Shown here: positions 1 through 10,712 of the stretch, piece by piece
Layout: each line of letters begins with the position of its first letter
Numbering within the stretch: the stretch's first letter is position 1
Source of the DNA: Tetramitus jugosus
Lineage: Eukaryota > Protista > Heterolobosea
Assembly: GCA_937625935.1 (NCBI GenBank)
Contig: OW569387.1
Coordinates: 310,001-374,000 of the forward strand
Reading direction: 5' to 3'
DNA length: 64,000 nt
The notes under the pieces: model-generated
The model's database searches: none
What the model was told of the DNA's origin: nothing
What the model saw: only the letters and a program-made list of their open reading frames with translations
Made by a program: the position numbers and the translations under genes

Positions 1-1076
1 AGATCAGATGCTTGAGCTCCTGTCTGTGAAGATAAACAAACGCGATATTGAATTGAATCTACCGAGGGTACATTCGTGTCTAATTTCTCTCTGACCACAC
101 GGAAACCATCCTTGTCATTCTTGAACACATATTCCAGCATGAGGAAGAAGATGCGACGAACAAAGGGTGAGAAATGCAATGAAAGCATCAACACAGGCCA
201 ACATATCATTGTACACAACAAGAAGAGCAGACCAACATATCGGAACACAAATTCAACCAAAATATCATGCCAATACAATTCAAACAACGAGTATGGCAAG
301 AAAACAAACCTCATCGCCACAATAAATACAATTGCAGGTACCAATCTCAAAACCAATAGATTCATAACAGTTGCTAATCCCCACTCCCACACAATCGTCT
401 TCACAACTATTGAAAAAAGAACAACGGGGCCAGACAAGAACAATCGAATCATCACCCAACTGTTCCAAACTATCTGGTACATGAATGAAACAACATAATA
501 CACTTGTCTCAGTAGAGATGACGACGTATTACTCTCACTACCATTTTCTTGTTCGTTAACTTCCATATCATTCGCATCAATTTCGCTATCATTCGTTTTG
601 TGCTTGGCCAACCAATAATTCTTGATAGAAGCAGGCACAATCGAATCCACAAAGCTCCGTACTGGTTTCTGCAATACAGGTGGTACAAAATACTGTTCCA
701 CATCCCGAATGATACTCTGTCTGACATGGGCACTGAATGGAGAAGAAACTACACCATTGTGATCGTCACTGCTATCATCCACTGTTGTTAACAATAGGAA
801 TCCAATGTACAACACTAATGCACCCAACACTTCAACAAGAATCCAAGCACCTCTCCCTACCACATTTAACAAAACAGTCCAAATGAAGACCACATAGGTA
901 GATTGTTCAACACCTTGTTCCTGACTCTTCTGTTGTACAAATCCAGGCAAGACAATTGTCATCAATTTTCGTGTCACTTGATAACCAACGGCCAATATTA
1001 ATGGCACTCCAAATAACAGAAACAACAATCCCCAGTACTTGATCAGAGAAATGGAATAATTCTTCCACTTTTTCAT
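1..1076 (-). CDS. Multi-pass membrane protein, 3'-partial (runs off left edge)
   Basis: Not in the ORF track because it has no stop in the window. ATG at 1076 (MKKWKNYSISLIKYWGLLFLLFGVPLILAVG...) stays open to position 1 (~358 codons) with several hydrophobic segments. Confidence 0.75.
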   Translation of the reverse strand, partial: MKKWKNYSISLIKYWGLLFLLFGVPLILAVGYQVTRKLMTIVLPGFVQQKSQEQGVEQSTYVVFIWTVLLNVVGRGAWILVEVLGALVLYIGFLLLTTVDDSSDDHNGVVSSPFSAHVRQSIIRDVEQYFVPPVLQKPVRSFVDSIVPASIKNYWLAKHKTNDSEIDANDMEVNEQENGSESNTSSSLLRQVYYVVSFMYQIVWNSWVMIRLFLSGPVVLFSIVVKTIVWEWGLATVMNLLVLRLVPAIVFIVAMRFVFLPYSLFELYWHDILVEFVFRYVGLLFLLCTMICWPVLMLSLHFSPFVRRIFFLMLEYVFKNDKDGFRVVREKLDTNVPSVDSIQYRVCLSSQTGAQASD

Positions 1077-1218
1077 GTTTTTGTTCCGTGATCCGATTCC
1101 AGTTTTTTCTGGAAGTCGTGAAACTTCAAAGTGCCGCCAAAAAAATTTCCACCACAAACAACGTAAACAACAACAATAACATCAATCAACTACTAACAAC
1201 AACTACTAACAACGAACA

Positions 1219-3340
1219 ATGAGCAAGGTAATCAGTGACAAATTACCAACAGCAGAAGACATCAAACAAACCAATCAAATCATCCAATACCTCAAATCTC
1301 AGCCTGGTATTTATCCGACAGAGCAAGAAGAACTACAGCGGAAAAATGCACTCTCCGCTCTTCATACCATTATTGAGCAATGGCTCTCACACGAACAATT
1401 ATCCTCATCTTCCACTAATAATACTCCGACAACAATTATTCCGATCCCTTTTCGAATAGAGACATTTGGAAGCTATGCACTCAATGTTTATCACTCGTCA
1501 AGTGATATTGACGCACTTTTACTTGTTCCCCACTTTATCAAGAAACAAAGTTTTTTCAATGGTCTCTATCGAATGTTGCAATTGGATGCAAACGTGACGG
1601 AACTCATCTCCGTGTCCGACGCGTTTGTCCCCGTGCTCAAATTTCACTTGTTGAATATTCCGATTGATTTACTGTTTTGTTCGTTGCCATTTGATCAAGT
1701 ATCGGAGAAATTTGATGTCATGGAAGATTCCATTTTGTTTTCATTGGACAGTGAATCACAGAGAGCGATTAATGGACCGAGAGTTGCTCATCAAATGATG
1801 CGTCTAGTGCCTCATTTTGATCATTTTAAAACGACACTTCAATGTGTAAAGTTGATTGCTAGACGAAGAGGATTCTATGGCAGTGTCATGGGTTATCTCG
1901 GAGGTGTATCATTGGCAGTGTTGGTTGGCATGGTTTGTCAATGTTATCCCAATGCATTGCCCAACGTGCTTTTGCATCGATTCTTCAAAATGTATGCCAG
2001 TTGGAATTGGGGATACAAGGCACCCATTGCAATGACTAGTAGTTTGAATAGCAGTAGCTCTACAGCAGATGCTGCTGCTATTCACAATCCCAATCTGTTT
2101 GGCTTCTCCGTGTGGAATCCACAGTTCAATTTCAGGGATCGCAGTGTGTTGATGCCCATTTTGACACCGGCGTATCCACCGACGAACTGCACGTTTAATA
2201 TGACGAGAACGACGTTTGATGTGATCAAGATGGAATTGGCCAGAGGTGAAACAGTGTCGTTGGCTGCTCTATTTGGTAAGCAACCGTGGGACTCATTGTT
2301 TGAAGAGTCTGACTTTTTCGTTCGATATTCCAACTATTTGGAGATTGAGGTATCGGCAGACAATGAGACAGATCATCGCATATGGTCCGCCTTCTTTGAA
2401 TCGCGGTTCCGTTTTCTGATTTTAAAGTTGGAGCAGGCGTCGCCGAGCTTGATTATGCATCCGTTCCCAGAAGAGTTTAAAGTACCTGACTATGATCAGT
2501 ATGATGGTATACGGAAACACACGTCTCTCTACTATATAGGACTCAATTACATACGGCAACATAGGAGGAGCTTAGGTGGAAGTAGCAGTAGTTATCATAG
2601 TCATAACAACAGTATTAGTAGTGGTGGCAGTGGTGGTTTCGAGGTTGATTTAACAGTCCAGGCACAAGAGTTTGAAGAGCAAATATCGGAGTGGGTCGGA
2701 AGATTAGAAACAATGCACCGGCCGATTATACGGCCTATTAAGAGGTATGCATCCCACAATGATGATGATGATTACAATGACTGTGTTTGCCTCCCACATT
2801 ATGAATGTTGCTCGGTTTTTGTGCAAGCGAATTGTTTGTGTACTTGTTGCCTAGTCTATGTTTGGGTGGGAATATGTATGCCAAGCAAGTACGAGCTCAT
2901 GCATGTCGCACAACTCAATGAGATTCATCACTTATTTGTGTCATTATTTATTTGTTTGTTTTTGAATGTGTTTTGTGAGCATTGTAAGCTGATAATGGTT
3001 GAGCTTATCCAACGTTGTTTTCATTGTTGCTTATTGTCTGTGTGCAATATTTCATCAACACGTGGAAATGGCACATTTTTGTTTCGTATACAGAGTGGAT
3101 ATCCCTGAGTTTGTCTATCCATCTAGCAAGAGAGATCTTTTGCTCAATGAGAAGAAGAAGCTGAAAAAGAGGAAGAGTGCAGGTTCTGAGGAGCTGTCGT
3201 TCATGAGTGATGATGTCTCTGATGAGAGACCAATGAAAAAGGTACGCAACAATACTAACCAGATTACGCGCGATAAGTATCAATACACGAACATTCCTGC
3301 ATCGAACAATCATCGCTTCAATAATAATTTTACCCAATAA
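1219..3340 (+). CDS. PAP1: Canonical poly(A) polymerase; join(1219..2744,3094..3340), 590 aa
   Basis: FGSY...SDIDAL nucleotidyltransferase motif, YLGGVS, MPILTPAYP, central and RNA-binding domains. GTATGC..TACAG intron restores IKR|VDIPEFV and a basic NLS-like tail (KKKLKKRK). Confidence 0.93.
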
Positions 3341-3656
3341 ACTATGCACCGTCATTCTTTTTTGTAAACATTTCATTTTACTTACTAAATACATTGAGGT
3401 TAGATGCAGAGACATCCATTCAGGTTTAAAGCACCAACCAATTCACAAAACAAATTAACCTTAAGGAAATTGTTCCTTCTCCTTGATTAAGGCATCCTTG
3501 ATTTCTTTGTTCACAAAGTGGCTTCCGAGTGTCTATCCATTTCGAATAAACCTGTTCTGGTCTTTCACAACTATTGTTGTGGAACATGGGAGGCATGATA
3601 AGGCGAGTAACATGGCGATTGATCTCAAAATACATTGTATTAATTGTACATGTTAA

Positions 3657-4601
3657 TTACAAGATGACAACCATGACAGACAAATTATCGGTCGATCCCA
3701 ATTCTTTTGCCTTGTCCAACAACTGCTGTGCGCACTGTTGCGCAATAGAAGCAACAATTACCTTGTCATCATCTGTGTCTTCTTCTTGAACATTGCTGTT
3801 TGTGTGTTCTTGTTCATCTTCTTCTGTTGACGACGATGCTTGCTGTTGTTCAATAATCTGTTTACAGAAATCAACAGCATCCTGATCTTCCATCACATCC
3901 CACAGACCATCACATGCCAATATCAAAATGTTGTGATTTTCAGTGAGAGCTACGTGAGATTGATAAGGCTCACTAATCACCCAATCCTTGAGTGTATTGT
4001 TACCAAAGGAGCGAGCAACAGCGAGAAAACCATTGACGCGTCCATTGACCACAGAACCACCCTTTCCTTCAATTCTCTTGACTTCCTCATCATCTGTTGC
4101 CTTGTGATCATGTGTCAATCGATGAGCAACCCAATTCTCTGACACAACAGCTCTAGCATCACCACAGTTGGCACTGAACAGAGTTCTTCTTGTGGCGTCA
4201 TCATCATCATTGCTCGAAGCGTTGACAATGAGACAAGAAACCGCAGTGGATCCACCAAAAGAAACACCACTCGTTCCCTGATCCGTTATTTTGTAAGCCT
4301 CCCTCACCAATTCCTCTGCGCGCGAAATTTTAATACTCCGATTCTCTGAATATTCCGGCTCCAATCGCAAAAGTTTCTCCAGATTTTCGTGAAATGTTTT
4401 TTCGACCAATTGAACGACAGAACGTCCACCATGACCATCATACACTGCAAACAGGGCATCACTTGAGTGATCACAATAACCATCAATCATACAATGACCG
4501 TCTTCCATCGTTCGACGATATCTTGCGTTACGGTCTTCACTGAAACCAATGTCTTTCACACTCTTGTGAGGTTTCTCGGGTACTTGTCTGTACAATGACA
4601 T
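3657..4601 (-). CDS. Protein phosphatase 2C (PPM family)
   Basis: RRTMED, VYDGHGG, NCGDAR, LACDGLWD, DNLSV motifs. Confidence 0.95.
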   Translation of the reverse strand: MSLYRQVPEKPHKSVKDIGFSEDRNARYRRTMEDGHCMIDGYCDHSSDALFAVYDGHGGRSVVQLVEKTFHENLEKLLRLEPEYSENRSIKISRAEELVREAYKITDQGTSGVSFGGSTAVSCLIVNASSNDDDDATRRTLFSANCGDARAVVSENWVAHRLTHDHKATDDEEVKRIEGKGGSVVNGRVNGFLAVARSFGNNTLKDWVISEPYQSHVALTENHNILILACDGLWDVMEDQDAVDFCKQIIEQQQASSSTEEDEQEHTNSNVQEEDTDDDKVIVASIAQQCAQQLLDKAKELGSTDNLSVMVVIL

Positions 4602-4959
4602 TGTAATGTAGTTTGTTCGTTTTTTGTTGTTGTGTCGTTTGACTTTTTTTTTGTTCGTTATTTTTTTTTGTTCGACTCATGGGAAGAGACACGACCTGAC
4701 ATTGATTTTCCCGAGATGTGGTGATCCTGATACAACCAAAACAGAATGGTCACGAAAACATGTTGATGTCAATGCAGATGTGATATGGTACATACCATTT
4801 TTTCCATTGCTAGAAGCACATCACTTTGCCAGATTTTACCATGACTTCAGCTCCAGCGGACTAACACGACCGGAAAAACTGAACAAAAACTTTTTCACAT
4901 TGCACAAAAACAAGCAAAATCATTCAAATAACAAACAAGAAACACTCAAAACAACAACA

Positions 4960-6507
4960 ATGATGAAAAGATCACTTCTCCTAGCATCCAAGAACAAGAC
5001 ATCCACAAGAGCTCTTTATTCTCTCCTCCCACACCAACAACAACAACAACAACAATACTTGTTTTCCACATGCACTCACTTGAACAACAACAACACCACT
5101 AACAACAGTAACAATAATGATAATGAAGATACACCAGTATCATACTTTGATGATCACCTAAAATCACTCATTGAAAAAAATAGGAAAAAAATGGAAAAGG
5201 AGTGGTTGACTCAATCATCATCATCATCATCATCATCAGCAGAAGAAGCATCAGAAAATCAACAACAAAATGAACTCAAATTGAGACAAAAGTTGGGTCT
5301 ACCAGACAATTACCCTGTCAAGAGTACCGTACTGGATGAACAAGGTGAAACCGTTCAAGTCGTCTACAATGACTCTGTCGAGGAACAAAAAGATACCATC
5401 ATGTCCAATCTGATTGACAAGATTTTTAATGATGTTTCATTGTTGAGTGATGCGAATGGTGGTGAGAGTGCTAGTGCAGCGATTGGAGATGAATTGAATG
5501 ATGATTTTCTAGTGTCGGATGAAACTGAAAAGGACATTAAGGAAAGAGTCAATGCACAATATGGTATATCAAGTGAGGAGATGCGTGAAAAGGAGTCATT
5601 GGCTGCTAGACTTTCGTTTGATCAGGCACAAAAGAATACGAAATTGCATGATCAATTGGAAAAGTTTTACAAGAGCATGTCTATTCATCCACACTTGAAT
5701 GTCACACCGGATGGTGAGAAGGGATTTGTGGTGAGAATCGGAGCAGAACAAATGTTGAGATCTCCTTCTGGAAGGGTCATTGTTTTTCCGAATAGACACT
5801 TGGCAGCTGCTGTCGTGGGAGAATGGGAGTTGCAAAGAGGGTATTTGAGACCTGCGACGATGCCATTGACAGATTTGGTGGGTCAGTGGCAAGATTTGAA
5901 AACAGAGGTCGCAGAGGGTGTTGTCACTGGATTTGGTCGCATGGTCAAGAGAACAATTGTTGGATTCTTTGACTCTGAAGTCGTTTGTCTGAGACAAAAC
6001 TTTAGCAAGAGCAAGTCAGCTCAAAAGAGAATGAATGAACTGTGGGATCCGTTGGTGTCATGGTTCGAACGCGAATATGACACAAAGTTGAACATTGCTG
6101 GTAGTGACATTGACTTTTCGGATGATTGTGCTCAGAATGAAGCCAGAGAAGCATTTATTCAACGGTACTCTACGGAAGAGAACTTGAAACAGTTCAAGGA
6201 ATTGTTCTTTGATTGGAGCTCTGGTGTCGATTTGGCCTTTTTGTTGTTGGAAAAGTTGAGCCCACATCAATTGATTACACTGTACGCTGGTACACAGATT
6301 ACGAAATCCATTGTCATCTCTGCTGCCATCATGCACAACCAGATTGATGCCAAGAGTGCCCTCGAGGCAAGTCAGTTGCTCGTCAGAGAACAAGTGAGAC
6401 ACTATGGTTTGGTCGAGGGAGAACACGACGTTTTATTTGCAGAAGAAGCATGCAAGTTGGGTGCTCTGACCCTGTTCAGATCTCTGTGCGAATATCAACA
6501 ATCATAA
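4960..6507 (+). CDS. ATP12: Mitochondrial F1-ATPase assembly chaperone ATP12/ATPAF2 with long N-terminal extension
   Basis: Presequence-like MMKRSLLLASK; LRSPSG..LAAAVVGEWELQ..PATMPLT, WDPLVSWF, QVRHYGLVEGEHD. Start placed at the ATG after the CAA leader. Confidence 0.85.
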   Translation: MMKRSLLLASKNKTSTRALYSLLPHQQQQQQQYLFSTCTHLNNNNTTNNSNNNDNEDTPVSYFDDHLKSLIEKNRKKMEKEWLTQSSSSSSSSAEEASENQQQNELKLRQKLGLPDNYPVKSTVLDEQGETVQVVYNDSVEEQKDTIMSNLIDKIFNDVSLLSDANGGESASAAIGDELNDDFLVSDETEKDIKERVNAQYGISSEEMREKESLAARLSFDQAQKNTKLHDQLEKFYKSMSIHPHLNVTPDGEKGFVVRIGAEQMLRSPSGRVIVFPNRHLAAAVVGEWELQRGYLRPATMPLTDLVGQWQDLKTEVAEGVVTGFGRMVKRTIVGFFDSEVVCLRQNFSKSKSAQKRMNELWDPLVSWFEREYDTKLNIAGSDIDFSDDCAQNEAREAFIQRYSTEENLKQFKELFFDWSSGVDLAFLLLEKLSPHQLITLYAGTQITKSIVISAAIMHNQIDAKSALEASQLLVREQVRHYGLVEGEHDVLFAEEACKLGALTLFRSLCEYQQS

Positions 6508-6758
6508 ACACCGTTCTTCGCTTGTTGTGTTTTTGGATGATAATAATGATAACATTTGTATTGGTTAACCAATTCCCTCAAGTCAACGCGATTCTCCTTT
6601 TTTTTGGGTTACAATCCAATTGCAAAAATAGTGCGATTGCGGTCAATCATACAATCCTGATGGGCGATTGTATCGCTCAACTAAAATCATGATCAATTTC
6701 ACAACAACGATCAATTTCGTCGAGTCATTCATTCTCTCATCTTTATCGTGTCCAAGAT

Positions 6759-8762
6759 ATGACCACCTCACCCACAATGGAGATTGAGTTGCACAGAACG
6801 GGGAGTTTAGTCACCTCCCCCAACAGTTACAATAATCAGATGTCAAGTGTTACAATGAGAGGTTCTCCTTTGATGCAGCTAACAAATCAGTTTTATGAAC
6901 AGCAACGATTCGCAACCGATGATAATGAAGAGCTTCAATCAGATGAACACTGGTCTGAAGTGATTATTAAGGATGACAATATTGAACTTGAGGAAGCAGA
7001 GGAAACAGCCATCTCTTCAACTGCTGTTTCACCTCATAGCATGGATTTTCATCATTTGTTGAGCAACTTCACAAGCTCCATTCTTCACAATCAATTCAGT
7101 TGGATGGATGCGACTGCTGAAGCTGCATCCTCCCCGCAGACTCCATCCAACGCAATGAGAAGAAAGAAATTGAAACAAGCAAGAAATGCTACCAAGTATC
7201 TTGGTCTCGACTACGCCAGTTATCTGCTCAAGAAACTCCGTCGTAGAACGTTTGCAGTGTATGCGCTCATTGTCGCTGAAGCTTTATCCATATTTTTTGT
7301 TGAACCGTTCTTTATGAGTTTGGTTCTCACTAACGGAGATGATACAGTGCGGCAGCTATCGGCATTTCAACAAGAATTGTTGATTGGTATGTTCTTGATT
7401 GCTCTGCCACTGGGCCAAGCTCTGTCAGCCTCCGTGTTGGGTCATGCATCAGACATGTTTGGTCGCAAACCTATTCTTTTGTTGTCTGTTACCGCCTCGT
7501 ACATGATTATAGTGTGTTTAGGATTAGCTCGAAGCAGAGGCAATGATCGAGCTACTGGTCTATACATGATTTGGTTCCTGAGATTTGCTCAAGGGCTCTG
7601 TGGTAGTGTTTCATCCATTGTCAAGGCATCATTGACTGATATTGGGCGACAAGACACTCAATTTCACACCATTTCCCTGGTAGCTTATGCGACAGCAGCG
7701 AGTGCTTTCGCGAGAATTGTTCTGTCAATATGTCATGCGATATTTAGACCGATGATAAGTATGCCATTGCTCTCTAGTTATGACCCATTTGTGCTATCGA
7801 GCGTTGCTGCTGCTATTCTCATGTCACCCTATGTCATTCTGGTTTTTACAATGAAAGACAGTAACTCCGATAGAAGGAGAGCGGACAATTTAGTCATGGT
7901 TGATCAAGATTTGCAACTGAGTGGAAATTTTGGATATGGGACATCGATTCGCCACACTGTGAAAAATCGCCAGTTCTTGTTACTATGTGCCCTTAGCTCT
8001 ATGACTACTGTTGCCATTACTCTCAGCATCAGAGAAATGATGTATCACGCGTCATCTCCTGTTGTTCGATATGGCCTGGAGATGAATGGATGGGGTGTTG
8101 TGTCTCTCACGGTTCTCGTATGTTCTGGCATCATGTTTTGGCAATTGGTTGCTTTCAAGAAATTGACTGAATGGTACGATCTGAAGAGACTCTATTTGAT
8201 ATCTGTGGCATTGATAAGCTTGTCAGTATTGATGGGATCCATTCTTGCTGTTCCTTATTGGATCAATGGAATGAAAACAGGCAAGACATCACACTTTTTC
8301 GTTTGGGTACTTGTGTTGGTCTACTCTGTTCCGACGATGGCTGCATTTACTCTGCTCATGCCAACACTGAATGCAATGATACACTTGGTGACACAGAAGA
8401 GTCAAGGAATCGTGTATGGTACAGAACACAGCATCAACAGCATATGTCAAGTGTTTGCTCTCTTGTTCTCGTCAGTGATGTTCTATGTCGGTGTGAAGCT
8501 GTCATTTGTATGGTTGTCATCCATTGTATCTCTTGGTATTCTATTGTCATCATTTGCAGTGGGCTTTCTATCATTGAGTAGTCAGAGACCACACATTCAT
8601 CATGTTCACCTCGAAGTTGGAGCAGAAGAGGATGATGATTTCAGTCAATTTGCAAAGTCAATGTCAGACTACGATAGGTATCGATATGGAATGGGTAATA
8701 CTTCCTCTCAAGCGCCATCGTACATATCTCAACCAATCCGAGAACCCTCCAGCATATCTTAA
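6759..8762 (+). CDS. Major facilitator superfamily transporter
   Basis: Motif A GHASDMFGRKP, LRFAQG, about 12 hydrophobic segments, long hydrophilic N-terminus. Confidence 0.88.
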   Translation: MTTSPTMEIELHRTGSLVTSPNSYNNQMSSVTMRGSPLMQLTNQFYEQQRFATDDNEELQSDEHWSEVIIKDDNIELEEAEETAISSTAVSPHSMDFHHLLSNFTSSILHNQFSWMDATAEAASSPQTPSNAMRRKKLKQARNATKYLGLDYASYLLKKLRRRTFAVYALIVAEALSIFFVEPFFMSLVLTNGDDTVRQLSAFQQELLIGMFLIALPLGQALSASVLGHASDMFGRKPILLLSVTASYMIIVCLGLARSRGNDRATGLYMIWFLRFAQGLCGSVSSIVKASLTDIGRQDTQFHTISLVAYATAASAFARIVLSICHAIFRPMISMPLLSSYDPFVLSSVAAAILMSPYVILVFTMKDSNSDRRRADNLVMVDQDLQLSGNFGYGTSIRHTVKNRQFLLLCALSSMTTVAITLSIREMMYHASSPVVRYGLEMNGWGVVSLTVLVCSGIMFWQLVAFKKLTEWYDLKRLYLISVALISLSVLMGSILAVPYWINGMKTGKTSHFFVWVLVLVYSVPTMAAFTLLMPTLNAMIHLVTQKSQGIVYGTEHSINSICQVFALLFSSVMFYVGVKLSFVWLSSIVSLGILLSSFAVGFLSLSSQRPHIHHVHLEVGAEEDDDFSQFAKSMSDYDRYRYGMGNTSSQAPSYISQPIREPSSIS

Positions 8763-8852
8763 CCATGGGCAAAAAACACTCTCTACTCATTACAAGTCGC
8801 AATGAAGCTTTATTCTCAATAAATTACATGTCATCTCTCGACTTTCATTGCT

Positions 8853-10712
8853 CTATGACACTAAAATCTTTGACATTTCCGATATGATATCCTCATAAGT
8901 CTTGTACGGCCTCTCGGCTTTGATTTTGATGTATCGAGACTTGTGCAATATTATTCTTGCGCTCAAGTGACTGGCTTCGAACTTGCCGGCATGTCTCGTT
9001 CTCAAGGACTGTTGAAGGTGCCTTCTTCTTTCTCTGCTCAATCTCTGCAGTGATACGATACGTGCTTGCACAACACTCTCCATATTTTCCAAGAACTCCT
9101 TGTAACAAGGATCAGAAGGCAGTGGAATGCTCGTCTGCATAACATACTCATCCCTCCAATCATTAATATACAACTCTTTCAAGTACTCCCAACCGGATGA
9201 TAAATCAACATACATGCAATCATACTTGCCTGGCCCTCCTGTCTCTTCCAGATCCACATGTACCTTTGAATGCCACTTGTAGCCATATGTTGGACTGTAA
9301 GGTGAACTCTTGGCAGATACGCCGTGATATCCACCTACAGCGTCGTATTTACCCCATTCACTGCCCTCCATTCCAATCATGACACCTCCATAAGTGTGTT
9401 CAGTTGCTGGCATGCGATACAAGTAGACATGGCCATTGCATCCATCCGCTTTCACACTCTTTATCGTCATACGGCGATTTAGGTGACCTCCCAATGGAAT
9501 GTTCATTCCCCAATGTCTATGATACTTCAAAGTATGTCTGTCGCCTCTCAACATTTTCGTGTCTCTCAAATTGAATCCACTGGTCTTTGCCTCCACCAAT
9601 ACTTTCTTTCTTCCATTTGGTAGCTGTGGGTACATTGAGTCTGGATCAGTCGATGCAGCTGGGATGTCCATTTGCTTCTCGAACTCCAGACCGTGAGTAG
9701 CACCCAAGCGTTTAAATATCAGCTTCTTTTCCTTGGCACATTGATCACCGCTGGATGATGTCGAAACATAATCTGACAATTGACCGTCATCACCCGCAAC
9801 AAGCCACTTCCAAAAGTTTGAATCAAACTTGGATTGATGATCACTCTTTCTCTTTGGCAATTGAATCACGATCCTGCCTCCGTGAGACAATGCAGTAGCA
9901 ATTGGCCAACCGGTTGTATACCAACTTCTCCATTGAGAGTCCTTTGAATGGCCATCTTTCGAGCTGCTGTGACGCAGAAGGAGTCCACCATAGCGAAGAA
10001 CAGTGAACAACCTTCTTAGAATATTACCTCTTGCTTCCACACCAGGACTTCTGAGTGTGTCTAACCATGTTTCTGCATCTCTCTGAATTTGGCCCTCGAA
10101 CCTCTTCACTTTCCATTCATTGTCCACAAAGGTTTTCATAATTTCTACTCGTTTTAAAAACTCTCCATGCTGCTTTTTCTTTGAGCTCTTTAGTGGATCA
10201 ACTTCCTTGTTAGTGCCACCTGTCGTACGGACTGTCGGTACTCCAGAAGGAGAAAAAGTTGGTACGCTGCTCCTTGATCTGTCTCTGTCTAACTCATCAT
10301 ACGGAGTATAAAATGACTCAAAATCGTCAATCTCACTACCCAATTCATCATCAGAATCTATATCGGCACAAGTGGTGGTTGCGTCCGGTAATTGAACTTG
10401 TTCATGAAGCACTGAATTTTGATTTGCTTGCTCGGAGAGTGAAGCATTATCCCTCTCTGTGGCCTCCTCGTCCTTGAGTGGTAGTACCTTCTCTTCTCGT
10501 ACTTTACATGCTTGTGCTTCTCCATTCACTAGTTTTTCTTTGATATCTAGTGAACCTTTTGTTCCTTGACTCTCCTCTATTGATGTTTCGAGCTCGGTTT
10601 GAGCATTGGCTTCGTGGTGGTTTTGTTGGTCTTGCTCATGGTGTAAGGAAGCAGTATCGCTACAGGTTACATCCACACTGGTAGGTTCAGTGTTGCTTGA
10701 TGTAAATTCCAT
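8853..10712 (-). CDS. Ntox11 (novel toxin 11)-like domain protein
   Basis: 619 aa ORF. Acidic disordered N-terminus, then ALSHGGR, RLGATH, HWGMNIPLGG, DGCNGHVY, IGMEGSE, GGYHG, SPTYGYKW, matching the Ntox11 motif order as recalled. Confidence 0.7.
   Translation of the reverse strand: MEFTSSNTEPTSVDVTCSDTASLHHEQDQQNHHEANAQTELETSIEESQGTKGSLDIKEKLVNGEAQACKVREEKVLPLKDEEATERDNASLSEQANQNSVLHEQVQLPDATTTCADIDSDDELGSEIDDFESFYTPYDELDRDRSRSSVPTFSPSGVPTVRTTGGTNKEVDPLKSSKKKQHGEFLKRVEIMKTFVDNEWKVKRFEGQIQRDAETWLDTLRSPGVEARGNILRRLFTVLRYGGLLLRHSSSKDGHSKDSQWRSWYTTGWPIATALSHGGRIVIQLPKRKSDHQSKFDSNFWKWLVAGDDGQLSDYVSTSSSGDQCAKEKKLIFKRLGATHGLEFEKQMDIPAASTDPDSMYPQLPNGRKKVLVEAKTSGFNLRDTKMLRGDRHTLKYHRHWGMNIPLGGHLNRRMTIKSVKADGCNGHVYLYRMPATEHTYGGVMIGMEGSEWGKYDAVGGYHGVSAKSSPYSPTYGYKWHSKVHVDLEETGGPGKYDCMYVDLSSGWEYLKELYINDWRDEYVMQTSIPLPSDPCYKEFLENMESVVQARIVSLQRLSRERRRHLQQSLRTRHAGKFEASHLSARIILHKSRYIKIKAERPYKTYEDIISEMSKILVS

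Noticed and set aside
76-791. Plus-strand ORFs 76..498 and 549..791
   Set aside because: Antisense shadows of the long minus-strand membrane protein ORF.
2757-2772. Box C-like ATGATGA in the PAP intron suggesting a C/D snoRNA
   Set aside because: It is part of a GAT microsatellite, with no suitably placed box D or terminal stem.
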